A program made the position numbers and the translations under genes. DNA of 64,000 nt from Cellulosilyticaceae bacterium (lineage in GTDB: Bacteria > Bacillota > Clostridia > Lachnospirales > Cellulosilyticaceae), in NCBI GenBank assembly GCA_051650305.1, contig JBOFIT010000111.1, positions 39,782 to 103,781 on the forward strand. Direction: 5' to 3'. The notes beneath the pieces are model-generated. The model saw nothing but the letters and a program-made list of their open reading frames with translations. It was not told the DNA's origin and did no database searches. This document shows, piece by piece, positions 26,839 to 36,955 of the stretch (positions are counted from its first letter, which is position 1; each line of letters opens with the position of its first letter).

Positions 26839-28215
26839 TTAAAGATTTTGAAGAAAAGCAGTCGCTTCCTGAAGATGCTTAAGTACTGCTTCTTTACTTG
26901 GGCCACCGTATACGTTACGTTCATTAACGCAAGTAAGGAGGCTGATCGCTTCGTAGATATCATCTTCGAAGATTGGATGAATAGCATGGTACTCAGCTAA
27001 AGAAAGGTCTTCGAGATTTTTACCTGTGTTCACACAGTAAAGTACAAGCTTACCGATCACTTCATGAGCATCTCGGAATGCCATACCTTTTTTGACAAGG
27101 TAATCAGCAGCATCCGTCGCATTGGTGAAGCCACCAGCCGCCGCTTTGTACATATTTTCCTTGCGAACATTCATGGTACGAAGCATAGCAGTGAAAATAG
27201 GAAGACACATTTTGATGGTATCAATACTATCAAATACATTTTCCTTATCTTCTTGCATGTCTTTGTTGTAAGCAAGAGGTAAGCCTTTCATTGTAGTGAG
27301 TAGGCCAAAGAGATTCCCGTAGCAACGCCCAGATTTACCACGTACAAGCTCGGCGATGTCAGGGTTTTTCTTCTGAGGCATAATGGAGCTTCCAGTGCTA
27401 TAAGCATCGTCTAATTCGATAAAGCGGAATTCATGTGAGCTCCAAAGGATGATTTCCTCACTAAAGCGACTTAAGTGCATCATGATGGTAGAGATAGCAT
27501 ACATGGTATCTAAACAGAAGTCACGGTCAGACACCCCATCAATACTATTGGCACATACGCTGTCAAAAGCTAAAGCGTCAGCTACAAAATGGCGGTCTAG
27601 AGGGTAAGTGGTCGTCGCAAGGGCACCACTTCCTAAAGGCAGGCTGTTGCTCATCTCATAAGCGAAGCCTAGTTTTTTGTAGTCGCGTTTAAGCATTTCA
27701 AAATATGCCATTAAGTGATGTGCAAAAGTGATTGGTTGTGCACGTTGAAGATGTGTGTAGCCAGGCATGATGGTCTCAGTGTGTTGGTTTGCGATTTCTG
27801 TAATCGCCGACATAAGGTCTAGCACCATCTGCTGAATGTTTTCAAGTTCTTCGCGAACGTAAAGGCGCATATCAAGAGCCACTTGGTCGTTACGGCTACG
27901 TCCTGTATGCATTTTTTTTGCGACTTCACCGATACGAGAGATAAGAAGTGTCTCGATATTCATATGAATGTCTTCAGCTTTTACATCAAAAGTAACTTCG
28001 TCTTTTTCGATGGCTTCAAGTAAATCCATCAAGCCTTTTTTGATACAAATTGCATCTTCAGTTGGTATAATACCTTGCTCCCCGAGCATGGTGACATGGG
28101 CACAGCTCCCTAAGATATCCTGTCTGTATAGTCTAGCATCAAAAGAAATAGATGAGTTGAAATGATCTGTAAGTGCATCTGTTTCTTTTGCAAAGCGTCC
28201 ACCCCAAAGTTTCAT
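26839..28215 (-). CDS. argH: Argininosuccinate lyase
   Basis: MKLWGGRF N-terminus and the fumarate-lyase signature GSSIMPQKKNPD. Confidence 0.95.
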   Translation of the reverse strand: MKLWGGRFAKETDALTDHFNSSISFDARLYRQDILGSCAHVTMLGEQGIIPTEDAICIKKGLMDLLEAIEKDEVTFDVKAEDIHMNIETLLISRIGEVAKKMHTGRSRNDQVALDMRLYVREELENIQQMVLDLMSAITEIANQHTETIMPGYTHLQRAQPITFAHHLMAYFEMLKRDYKKLGFAYEMSNSLPLGSGALATTTYPLDRHFVADALAFDSVCANSIDGVSDRDFCLDTMYAISTIMMHLSRFSEEIILWSSHEFRFIELDDAYSTGSSIMPQKKNPDIAELVRGKSGRCYGNLFGLLTTMKGLPLAYNKDMQEDKENVFDSIDTIKMCLPIFTAMLRTMNVRKENMYKAAAGGFTNATDAADYLVKKGMAFRDAHEVIGKLVLYCVNTGKNLEDLSLAEYHAIHPIFEDDIYEAISLLTCVNERNVYGGPSKEAVLKHLQEATAFLQNL

Positions 28216-28251
28216 GTGTCGTTCCTCCTATTTGTCCAGTGTGTTTTGTTC

Positions 28252-29472
28252 TTAGTTATTATCGGCAGCTTCCCCGTTTTTCTTCATAAGTGCACGCACT
28301 TTAAGTGGTAAACCATAAAGGGTGATGAAGCCACCTGCATCTTTGTGATCATAAAGGTCACCTGTGGTAAAGCTTGCTAAGTCTTCGCTATAAAGTGAGT
28401 AAGGTGAAGTAGCGCCTTGTGGAATCACATTACCTTTATAAAGTTTCAGTTTAACTTCACCTGTCACAACTTCTTGGGTACTTGATACGAAAGCACCTAA
28501 TGCTTCACGAAGTGGTGTAAACCATTTGCCGTTGTAGATAAGGTCAGCATACTCAAGGGCAATGTTTTGTTTGTAACGGTAAGTTTCACGGTCAAGGGTT
28601 AGGTGCTCCAGTTCTTCATGTGCTTTATAAAGAATGGTACCACCTGGGGTTTCATACACACCACGAGATTTCATACCTACTACACGGTTTTCAACGATGT
28701 CTTCGATACCCACACCATTCATACCGCCTAATTCGTTGAGTTTCTCAAGAAGAGCAGAAGGGTCCATTGCTACACCGTCAAGGTGAGTAGGGATACCTTT
28801 GTCAAAAGTAAGGCTGATGATTGTTGCTTTATCTGGTGCCATCTCAGGAGATACACCTAGTTTAAGAAGGGTTTCGTAGTTTGGTGCACACCAAGGATCT
28901 TCAAGTTCTAAACCTTCATGAGAAATATGCCACATATTACGGTCACGGCTGTAGCTATCTTCTTTTTTCATTGGAACTGGAAGACCACGTTCTTCAAGGT
29001 AAGCAATCTCTTCTTCGCGAGAAGAAATGTCCCATATACGCCAAGGTGCGATTACTTTGAGGTGAGGTGCAAGAGCCATAATACCTAGTTCGAAACGAAT
29101 TTGGTCGTTACCTTTACCCGTACAGCCGTGGCAGATAGCAGTAGCGCCTTCTTTTAAAGCCACATTCACTAAGGTTTTAGCAATGACTGCACGTGCGATA
29201 GAAGTACCAAGGTAGTACTTAGATTCATAGATTGCACCTGATTGAATCATTGGGAATACGTATTCTTTCATGAATTCATCTTTAACATTTTCTACATAAA
29301 CTTTACTTACACCCATGCTTAAAGCACGTTCTTCAAGTCCTACAAGTTCAGCATCTTGACCTACATTAATACATACTGCAATAACATCAAAATCATAATT
29401 TTCTTTGAGCCATGGAATGATAACAGAAGTATCTAAACCACCTGAATACGCTAAAACAACTTTTTCTTTCAT
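28252..29472 (-). CDS. argG: Argininosuccinate synthase
   Basis: [14 protein letters not shown]-binding motif and [14 protein letters not shown]. Confidence 0.95.
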   Translation of the reverse strand: MKEKVVLAYSGGLDTSVIIPWLKENYDFDVIAVCINVGQDAELVGLEERALSMGVSKVYVENVKDEFMKEYVFPMIQSGAIYESKYYLGTSIARAVIAKTLVNVALKEGATAICHGCTGKGNDQIRFELGIMALAPHLKVIAPWRIWDISSREEEIAYLEERGLPVPMKKEDSYSRDRNMWHISHEGLELEDPWCAPNYETLLKLGVSPEMAPDKATIISLTFDKGIPTHLDGVAMDPSALLEKLNELGGMNGVGIEDIVENRVVGMKSRGVYETPGGTILYKAHEELEHLTLDRETYRYKQNIALEYADLIYNGKWFTPLREALGAFVSSTQEVVTGEVKLKLYKGNVIPQGATSPYSLYSEDLASFTTGDLYDHKDAGGFITLYGLPLKVRALMKKNGEAADNN

Positions 29473-29635
29473 GTGTAAACCCTCCCAAAAATAATTTATA
29501 TATATAACCTATAATGTATAATTATACGATTGTTGTAATAAAAAAACAAGAAAAAGTTTTAGAAGTTGGAAAAAAATTATAAAATCTACACATTTATTCA
29601 ATAAGGTAGCAGTATGTACAAAATACACACTATAT

Positions 29636-29652
29636 AGTATACTTAGTATACT
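29636..29652. repeat. Two tandem copies of the 8-bp palindrome AGTATACT separated by one T
   Basis: AGTATACT T AGTATACT at 29636-29652, about 33 nt upstream of the DUF624-metY start. A related AGTATGTAC sits at 29611. Confidence 0.8.
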
Positions 29653-29684
29653 TATATTAAAAACAGCATGAGGAGGGAAAAGGA

Positions 29685-30401
29685 ATGAAAATATTTGACT
29701 TAGATGGACCAGTGTATAAGGCTGGGGTAGAGGTTTCAGATGCACTTATACTGACTATTATATGGTTTATTGGATGCCTACCGATTATCACGATTGGCAC
29801 ATCCACATCGGCTTTGTTCTATATATATGGAAAGAAGTCGAGAGATGAAGATGCTTACATATGGCGCGATTTCTGGAAGAGTTACAGACAAAACTTCGTG
29901 CAGTCTATTCCAATTACACTTATTTTAGGGGTGATGTGGGCGAGTACAGTAGCTTACCGTATCTTAATAGAAGGTTATGAAGGTGGTGCACCCGTTGTAT
30001 TAAGTGGTCTTGCTTTACTCATGACAGTAGAAGTAACGATCCTTACGATTTATGTATTGGCAGTACTTTCACGTTTCCACATGAAGGTAATGAATATGTT
30101 TTTAACAGCCTTTGTACTGGCACATAGACATATCGTATCGACAGCACTTATTATCGTAGTAGTGGTTTTACTTCAGTTTGCAAGTATGGTGATTCCATTT
30201 ACCGTTATGATTATGCCAGTCTTTGTAGCGGCAGTGGCTTCTGTACCAATCCAAAAGATTTTTACAAAGCATATCCAAGCATCAGCAGAGATGAAGGCGG
30301 CAGAAGAAGCAAGTATTGAAGATGATGAAGATGAAGAAGACGAGGACGATGAAGAAGCAGATGACGAAGAGACATCAAATGATTTCTTAAAGTACATCTA
30401 A
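29685..30401 (+). CDS. DUF624 (YesL-like) membrane protein with a poly-acidic C-terminal tail
   Basis: N-terminal ...DALILTIIWFIGCLPIITIGTSTSALFY typical of the YesL/DUF624 family. Several hydrophobic helices. Tail DDEDEEDEDDEEADDEE. RBS GAGGAGGG. Confidence 0.7.
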   Translation: MKIFDLDGPVYKAGVEVSDALILTIIWFIGCLPIITIGTSTSALFYIYGKKSRDEDAYIWRDFWKSYRQNFVQSIPITLILGVMWASTVAYRILIEGYEGGAPVVLSGLALLMTVEVTILTIYVLAVLSRFHMKVMNMFLTAFVLAHRHIVSTALIIVVVVLLQFASMVIPFTVMIMPVFVAAVASVPIQKIFTKHIQASAEMKAAEEASIEDDEDEEDEDDEEADDEETSNDFLKYI

Positions 30402-30437
30402 CAAAAAGAAAGCTTACATATATAGGGGGCATAGAAG

Positions 30438-31715
30438 ATGAATCAAAATTGGCAAATAGAAACAAAACTTATTCAAGCAGGGTATGAACCTAAAAATGGG
30501 GAACCACGCGTTCTTCCTATTTATCAAAGTACGACTTACAAGTATGATAGTACAGAGCATGTGGCAAAGCTTTTTGACTTAGCTGTACCAGGGCATATGT
30601 ATTCACGTATTAGTAACCCAACAGTAGAAGCATTAGAAAATAAAGTGGCAGCACTTGAAGGTGGTGTAGGGGCTCTTTGTACATCTTCAGGACAAGCAGC
30701 ATCCATGGTATCAGTGATGAACGTGTGTGAAGCAGGGGACCACTTTATATCACTGAACTCTATTTATGGTGGTACATACAATTTATTTGCGATCACACTA
30801 AAGAAAATGGGAATAGAAGTAACCTTTGTATCACCAGAAGCTACAAAAGAAGAAGTGGCAGCATGTGTGAGACCTAATACAAAAGCAATCTTTGGTGAGA
30901 CTATAGCGAATCCAGCACTTGTGGTGATGGATATCGCTTACTGGGCTGAAGTGGCACATAGTCATGGTATTCCATTGATTATTGATAATACCTTTGCTAC
31001 ACCTTACCTTTGTCGACCAATGGAACACGGCGCAGACGTGGTCATTCACTCAACGACTAAGTACATGGATGGGCATGCTACAAGTGTAGGTGGGATCATT
31101 GTTGATAGTGGACGTTTTGACTATACAAATGGGAAATTCAAAGGCTTTACAGAGCCTGATGTATCGTATCATGGGGTAACTTATAGCAAAGACTTTGGGA
31201 ACCTTGGGTATATCACAAAAGCACGTGTACAGTTTATCCGCGATATGGGGAACTACTTAAGCCCACAAAATGCTTTCCTAACACATCTTGGTCTTGAGAC
31301 ACTTCACCTACGTATGGAACGTCATAGTGAAAATGCCCTTAAAGTTGCCAAGTATTTAGAGCAACATGAAGCAATTGTAAATGTGTCTTATCCATTACTT
31401 GAGTCTAGTAAAGAATACGATAAAGCAAAAAAATACTTACCAAAAGGTGCAAGCGGTGTCATTTCCTTTACAGTACAAGGTGGTAAAGAAGAAGCCGTTC
31501 GCTTTATGGATAGTCTCAAACTTGCAGCCATTGTGGTTCACGTGGCAGATGCACGTACAGCTGTACTTCATCCAGCAAGTTCAACCCATCGCCAATTAAG
31601 TGATGAAGGTCTTAAAGCAGCAGGCATCGGGCCAGGCCTTATCCGCTTAAGTGTAGGGATTGAGAATGTAGAAGATATCATTGCAGACTTAGAACAAGCA
31701 TTACAGCAAATCTAA
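30438..31715 (+). CDS. metY: O-acetylhomoserine aminocarboxypropyltransferase (sulfhydrylase)
   Basis: Cys/Met-metabolism PLP enzyme. YSRISNPT and HSTTKYMDGH (PLP lysine) motifs. 425 aa, typical of OAH sulfhydrylase. Confidence 0.9.
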   Translation: MNQNWQIETKLIQAGYEPKNGEPRVLPIYQSTTYKYDSTEHVAKLFDLAVPGHMYSRISNPTVEALENKVAALEGGVGALCTSSGQAASMVSVMNVCEAGDHFISLNSIYGGTYNLFAITLKKMGIEVTFVSPEATKEEVAACVRPNTKAIFGETIANPALVVMDIAYWAEVAHSHGIPLIIDNTFATPYLCRPMEHGADVVIHSTTKYMDGHATSVGGIIVDSGRFDYTNGKFKGFTEPDVSYHGVTYSKDFGNLGYITKARVQFIRDMGNYLSPQNAFLTHLGLETLHLRMERHSENALKVAKYLEQHEAIVNVSYPLLESSKEYDKAKKYLPKGASGVISFTVQGGKEEAVRFMDSLKLAAIVVHVADARTAVLHPASSTHRQLSDEGLKAAGIGPGLIRLSVGIENVEDIIADLEQALQQI

Positions 31716-31723
31716 GGGTGAAT

Positions 31724-31755
31724 AAAAGGGGGTAACTACGGTTACCCTTTTCTTT
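31724..31755 (+). terminator. Rho-independent terminator after metY
   Basis: GGGTAAC, loop TACG, GTTACCC, extended by A/T pairs, then TTTTCTTT. Confidence 0.75.
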
Positions 31756-31882
31756 ATGGGCTTTAAGGGATAGAATGGGTAAAACAATATAAAATTTTTA
31801 AAAGAGTTGGCTATTATTCAAAAAAAATTCATATTATAGGAGTAGAATAGCATTATTTCAACGAAGAAAGGAATTAGAATCG

Positions 31883-32272
31883 ATGGGATTATTAGATATT
31901 GTCATGAATGCTTTTTTGGTATTTATGCTCTTAAGTCTATTTAACTTAGTACGATATATGTTTAAAGTAAGAAAAGTAATGAAGATGCATAAAGATAATC
32001 CAAATATCAAAGGGTTTACCATTGTGAATGGAGAGATTAAACCAATAGAAGGTAAGCCTGGGGAAATGCCACCTATACCAGGGATGCCACAAGCACAAGC
32101 ACCAGTGGAAGAGGCAAAAGAACTTGTAGTGGACCCTGCGTGTGGAAAAGAAATCGAGAAAAAAGACGCTTATCGTATATTGAAAAATGGCAAAGAGTAT
32201 TTCTTCTGCTGTTGGGAATGTCGCGAAGCTTTTCTAGAACAACTTAAAAAAGAACCTCAAACACTTGTGTAA
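31883..32272 (+). CDS. Membrane-anchored YHS/TRASH-domain protein
   Basis: N-terminal hydrophobic helix, Pro-rich linker, then DPACGKEI...KEYFFCCWECREAF (YHS-type metal-binding fold). Confidence 0.65.
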   Translation: MGLLDIVMNAFLVFMLLSLFNLVRYMFKVRKVMKMHKDNPNIKGFTIVNGEIKPIEGKPGEMPPIPGMPQAQAPVEEAKELVVDPACGKEIEKKDAYRILKNGKEYFFCCWECREAFLEQLKKEPQTLV

Positions 32273-32289
32273 AACAAGTGTTTTTTTTT
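32261..32289 (+). terminator. Rho-independent terminator after the YHS-domain gene
   Basis: ACACTTGT, loop GTAAA, ACAAGTGT, then T8. The stop codon lies in the loop. Confidence 0.85.
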
Positions 32290-32344
32290 GCCTAAAAACA
32301 CATACTACAAAAAAGAAATGATGGTAACGAAATGAGGTAAGACG

Positions 32345-33136
32345 ATGAAGAGAAAGTCATTATTTTTAACACTGCTTATAGGATTAAGTATTTTGTGTAT
32401 AGGAACACTGAGTTTTGGAGAAGATGTGGAGCCGCCTAAGAAGGCGTACGTCATCATCATCATTGATGATTTTGGTAACAACATGGCAGGTACAGAGACG
32501 ATTGCAGAGCTACCGATTCCACTTACAGCTGCGGTCATTCCAGGCATGCCTTATGCCAAAGAAGATGCCACTAAGCTTTACGAAGCAGGCAAAGAAATCA
32601 TTTATCATGTCCCATTAGAACCAAAGCAAGGCAAGGCATCTTGGCTTGGGCCTAAGGGGATTTTGGCAGGCATGGGTGAAGAAAAGGTGAAGGAAATCTT
32701 AGACAGTGCCAAGGAAGAGATTCCTTATGCCAAAGGGATGAATAATCATATGGGGTCTCGTGCCATGGAGAATGATACGACAGTTCAGGCGCTGATGGCC
32801 TATGCAAAAGCCAATGGTTTATACTTTGTAGATAGCAAGACCACGGCGCCGACCCTTTCAAAAAAATGGAGCGAGGCATTAGAGGTACCATTTATGGAGA
32901 GGGATGTGTTTCTGGACAATACACCAGATACAGCTTATGTAAAAGAAAGACTTAAGGAGACCATGAAGATTGCCAAAGAAAAAGGCGTAGCCGTAGCCAT
33001 AGGCCATGTAGGTCCACAAAAAGGACCACATACAGCACGTGCCTTAAAAGAAATGATACCTATAATGGAAAAAGAAGGCATAGAATTTATAACAGTAAGT
33101 ATGTATTTAGATCTTATAAAGTGGACAAAGATTTGA
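32345..33136 (+). CDS. Divergent polysaccharide deacetylase family protein (YibQ-like)
   Basis: Signal peptide, then VIIIIDDFGNN...LTAAVIPG...HVPLEP...NHMGS motifs of the YibQ/DUF610 family. Confidence 0.8.
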   Translation: MKRKSLFLTLLIGLSILCIGTLSFGEDVEPPKKAYVIIIIDDFGNNMAGTETIAELPIPLTAAVIPGMPYAKEDATKLYEAGKEIIYHVPLEPKQGKASWLGPKGILAGMGEEKVKEILDSAKEEIPYAKGMNNHMGSRAMENDTTVQALMAYAKANGLYFVDSKTTAPTLSKKWSEALEVPFMERDVFLDNTPDTAYVKERLKETMKIAKEKGVAVAIGHVGPQKGPHTARALKEMIPIMEKEGIEFITVSMYLDLIKWTKI

Positions 33137-33187
33137 CAAAGCTCTATAATAAGACATAAATCAAATTGATTACGTAAGGAGTGTCAT

Positions 33188-36091
33188 ATGAAAACAAGTA
33201 TCAAAGGCTATACGCAATTACAAGAAGCCTATATAAGTGAAATTGATTGTACCGTTCATCAGTATGAACATAATGAAACCAAAGCAAAAGTACTTTACTT
33301 CGAAACAGAAGATACACATAAAACTTTCGGAATTACTTTTAGAACACCACCACCAGACAGTACAGGGGTGCCACACATTATCGAGCACTCGGTTCTTTGT
33401 GGCTCAGAAAAGTACCCACTCAAAGATCCTTTTATTGAACTTTCAAAAGGCTCTTTGAATACGTATCTTAATGCCATGACTTATCCAGACAAGACTATGT
33501 ATCCTATTTCAAGCGAGAATGACGCGGACTTCCATAACTTAATGGACGTCTATCTGGATGCAGTATTCTTCCCTAACATTTATAAAAATCCGTATATTCT
33601 GATGCAAGAAGGCTGGCGTTATCACATCGAATCACCAGAGGCACCGCTAGAGTATAAGGGCGTTGTGTACAATGAGATGAAGGGTGCCTTTTCTTCACCA
33701 GAAGAAGTAGGCTTTAGAAAAATCAAGGAATCTTTATTCCCAGATACGATTTATAGTAATGAATCAGGTGGAGCACCAGAAGCTATTCCAAATTTAACAG
33801 AAGAAGGGTTCTTAGACTTCCACAAGAAGTATTACCACCCATCCAATGCATACATCGGCCTTTATGGTAAGATGGACTTAGAAGAAGTGCTAGGCTTTAT
33901 CGACAAGAACTATCTGTCAAAATTCCAGTATCAAGCTATTGATTCGACGATTGGCTACCAAAAACCTTTTGAAGCCATAAGAGAAGTGTCTTATCCTTAT
34001 TCGGTGGCAGAAGAAAAGCCAAATCAACTTTATGTATCATACAACTGTGTGGTGGATGAGACCGTTAACCGTCAGTTGATGGTAGAGATGGGGATTTTAG
34101 AGTATATCTTACTTGAGACACCAGCTTCACCTCTGAAAAAAGCTCTTATCCAAAATGGCATAGGCGACGATGCTTTTGGTGCTTTCCAGACACATATGAA
34201 GCAGCCAATCTTCACTATTATGGCGAAAAACGTAAGTGAAGAAAAGAAAGATGCTTTTTATGAAGTCATCGACACAGAGCTTAGACGTCTCGTGAAAGAA
34301 GGCATTCCAGAAGCCCTTCTTAAAGGTGCGGTTCAAGTGAAAGAGTTTGAACTTCGCGAAGGAGACTTTAAAGGTTACTCTAAAGGGCTTCTGTACTATA
34401 TAGGCTGTATGAAGAGTTGGATTTATGATAAAGACCCGCTGATTTACCTTCGCACAGAAGAAATCTTAAAGAACATCCATGAAAAACAAGGCACAGGGTA
34501 CTTTGAAAGCCTCATCGAAAAGTACTTACTGAATAACACCCATGGTATCAAGATGCTTCTTTATCCAAAGGTAGGGCTTGACCAAGAAATCCAACAACAA
34601 GTGACAGAAAAGCTTGAGAAAATCAAAGCAAGTTGGGATGAAAAAACACTGAATGAAGCAGTGGAGAAGACGCTGAAGTTCAATGCCTATCAAGAAGTCA
34701 TCGATACGGAAGAGCAACGTGCGTGTATCCCACTTCTAGAAAAAGAAGACTTAGAAAGAGACATCAAATTCCCACGTTTTAAAGTAGAAACCTTAAATAA
34801 CTGTGAGTATATCATTACCCCTACCTTTACCAACCAAATCGCTTATATGACATGGATGATCGACTTAAGTGGCATAGAGAATGGGTATATGCCTTATCTA
34901 GGGATGATGGTAGGTATGCTTAGTAAGCTAAATACCAAGAACTATAGTTATGAAGATCTTTCTATGGCTATTGATGAGCACTTAGGTGGGATCGAGTTCC
35001 ATATCCAAGCGATGCATACATTAGAAGACCCAGAAAACTTCAAGAAAGTATTCGTCATCAAATCCAAGGCACTTGTCCATGAGTTAGAGGCTCAAGTAAG
35101 CATTATGAAAGAAATCATCGCAGATACCAAGATGGATGACTATGAGCGTGTGTACGAGATTATCAAAGAAATGCGCTCGATGATGGAGATGGCAATTAGT
35201 AGTGAAGGTCATAAGATTGCTTATAGCAGACTGCTTTCTAGCTTTTCACCAGTAGAAGCCTTTGAAGAAGAAACGAAAGGGCTTACCTTCTATCATATGG
35301 TATGCGACTTGGCAGACAACTGGGAAACCAATAAAGAGCAAACGATGCAAAAGTTACAAGACGCTTATAGCTACTTAAGTAATGGCGTACGCTATAAAGT
35401 CGGTCTGACAGTAGATGAAAAAGAAGTAGCTACTTGTATGGAAGTGATCCAGAAGACATTAGATACCTTGCCAAAGACGGCTATTCAGCCGCTACAGCAG
35501 AAATTCATGAAGCATACGATTCAAGAAGCTTTAGTGTATCCAGGTAATGTCAACTATGTGGCGATGGGGTACAACTTCAAAGATAAAGGCTATAGTTATC
35601 ATGGTGGCATGCAGATGCTTAAGTCAATCTTAGCTACAGATTACCTATGGAATGAAGTGCGTGTAAAAAATGGTGCTTACGGATGTTTTGCAGACTTTAG
35701 AAAGAGTGGCAATATGTTCTTCGTTTCTTACCGTGATCCAAATGTAGAAAAGACTATGGAAGTTTACCGAGCGGCATCAGATTATGTAGCCAACTTAAAT
35801 TTATCAGATCGTGAACTTTTACAGTACCTTATCGGAACCGTTAGTGGGATGGACTTCCCTTATACACCATCCACAGAAGGGGCAGCAGCATGTATTTACT
35901 ACCTCTTAGGTACAACGAAAGAAGAGCTCCAAAAAACACGTGATGAGATCTTTGAGACCGATAATGAAAGGCTACGTTCCTATGCACCGATTATTCAGAG
36001 TGTGATTGAAGAAAATCAGTATTGTGTATTTGGTAACACGACAAGTATCGAGGAAAACAAAGATTTATTTGCAGATATAACGAAAGTATGA
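33188..36091 (+). CDS. Insulinase-family (M16C, PreP-like) zinc metallopeptidase
   Basis: 967 aa. Inverted zinc motif HIIEHSV followed by VVYNEMKG. Confidence 0.85.
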   Translation: MKTSIKGYTQLQEAYISEIDCTVHQYEHNETKAKVLYFETEDTHKTFGITFRTPPPDSTGVPHIIEHSVLCGSEKYPLKDPFIELSKGSLNTYLNAMTYPDKTMYPISSENDADFHNLMDVYLDAVFFPNIYKNPYILMQEGWRYHIESPEAPLEYKGVVYNEMKGAFSSPEEVGFRKIKESLFPDTIYSNESGGAPEAIPNLTEEGFLDFHKKYYHPSNAYIGLYGKMDLEEVLGFIDKNYLSKFQYQAIDSTIGYQKPFEAIREVSYPYSVAEEKPNQLYVSYNCVVDETVNRQLMVEMGILEYILLETPASPLKKALIQNGIGDDAFGAFQTHMKQPIFTIMAKNVSEEKKDAFYEVIDTELRRLVKEGIPEALLKGAVQVKEFELREGDFKGYSKGLLYYIGCMKSWIYDKDPLIYLRTEEILKNIHEKQGTGYFESLIEKYLLNNTHGIKMLLYPKVGLDQEIQQQVTEKLEKIKASWDEKTLNEAVEKTLKFNAYQEVIDTEEQRACIPLLEKEDLERDIKFPRFKVETLNNCEYIITPTFTNQIAYMTWMIDLSGIENGYMPYLGMMVGMLSKLNTKNYSYEDLSMAIDEHLGGIEFHIQAMHTLEDPENFKKVFVIKSKALVHELEAQVSIMKEIIADTKMDDYERVYEIIKEMRSMMEMAISSEGHKIAYSRLLSSFSPVEAFEEETKGLTFYHMVCDLADNWETNKEQTMQKLQDAYSYLSNGVRYKVGLTVDEKEVATCMEVIQKTLDTLPKTAIQPLQQKFMKHTIQEALVYPGNVNYVAMGYNFKDKGYSYHGGMQMLKSILATDYLWNEVRVKNGAYGCFADFRKSGNMFFVSYRDPNVEKTMEVYRAASDYVANLNLSDRELLQYLIGTVSGMDFPYTPSTEGAAACIYYLLGTTKEELQKTRDEIFETDNERLRSYAPIIQSVIEENQYCVFGNTTSIEENKDLFADITKV

Positions 36092-36103
36092 TAAATTTAA
36101 AAG

Positions 36104-36130
36104 ACGCACTTTTCATAAGTGCGTTTTTTT
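36104..36130 (+). terminator. Rho-independent terminator after the M16C peptidase gene
   Basis: ACGCACTT, loop TTCAT, AAGTGCGT, then T6. Confidence 0.85.
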
Positions 36131-36179
36131 GTTAAAATAGACATTAAAGCATATAGACGCACGAAAGAGGAGGTACATC

Positions 36180-36944
36180 ATGGATTTTGCAAATAAAGTA
36201 GTAGTGGTCACTGGTGGGGGGCAAGGGATAGGAGCGTGTATTGCCACGACCTATGCAAAGAAAAAAGCGACCGTTGTTATTGCAGATATTGATGAAGAAG
36301 CAGGGAGAGAAATTGAAGCAGAAATCAACGGTTTTGGTGGACATGGGTATTTTATACCAGTCAACGTAGCAGATGAAACATCTGTTAAGGAGATGGTAAC
36401 ATTACTCGACAAAAAATATGGAAAAATAGACATCTTAGTGAACAATGCAGCCATTAGTAGTGGAGGGACATTGTTTACAAGAGAAATTCAAGAGTTTGAA
36501 GAAGTGCTACGTGTGAATGTACTTGGGGGGTATATGTGCGCGAAACACTGTGTGCCATTGATGCTAGGCGAGGGTTGTAGCATTGTCAATATGGCTTCTA
36601 CACGTGCAATGATGAGTGAACCACATACAGAGCCGTATTCAGCATCTAAAGGTGCAGTACTTGCAATGACCCATTCTTTAGCTGCCAGTTTGGCACCAAA
36701 GATTCGTGTCAATGCCATTAGTCCAGGCTGGATCGATACTGCGGAGTGGAAAAAGAAAAAAGACCGTAAGTTTGTGGCGTTAAGAGAAGTGGATCATATG
36801 CAGCATCTAACAGGCCGCGTAGGGACACCAGAAGATATCGCACAAGCAGTGCTCTTTTTGACAAGTGAAGAAGCAGGCTTTATGACAGGAACAAATATGG
36901 TAATAGATGGTGGTATGACTGTAAAAATGATTTATGAGGAATAG
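36180..36944 (+). CDS. SDR-family oxidoreductase
   Basis: VTGGGQGIG cofactor motif, NNAA, and the YSASKGAV catalytic motif. Confidence 0.88.
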   Translation: MDFANKVVVVTGGGQGIGACIATTYAKKKATVVIADIDEEAGREIEAEINGFGGHGYFIPVNVADETSVKEMVTLLDKKYGKIDILVNNAAISSGGTLFTREIQEFEEVLRVNVLGGYMCAKHCVPLMLGEGCSIVNMASTRAMMSEPHTEPYSASKGAVLAMTHSLAASLAPKIRVNAISPGWIDTAEWKKKKDRKFVALREVDHMQHLTGRVGTPEDIAQAVLFLTSEEAGFMTGTNMVIDGGMTVKMIYEE

Positions 36945-36955
36945 GGGATAGGGTC

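Noticed and set aside
29473-29684. T-box, S-box or ARG-box control of argG or metY in the 212-bp divergent region
   Set aside because: There is no specifier/antiterminator architecture, no S-box conserved core and no terminator hairpin. Only a single weak TGAAT half-site (ATTGAATAAAT on the minus strand) is present, which is not a credible ARG-box pair.
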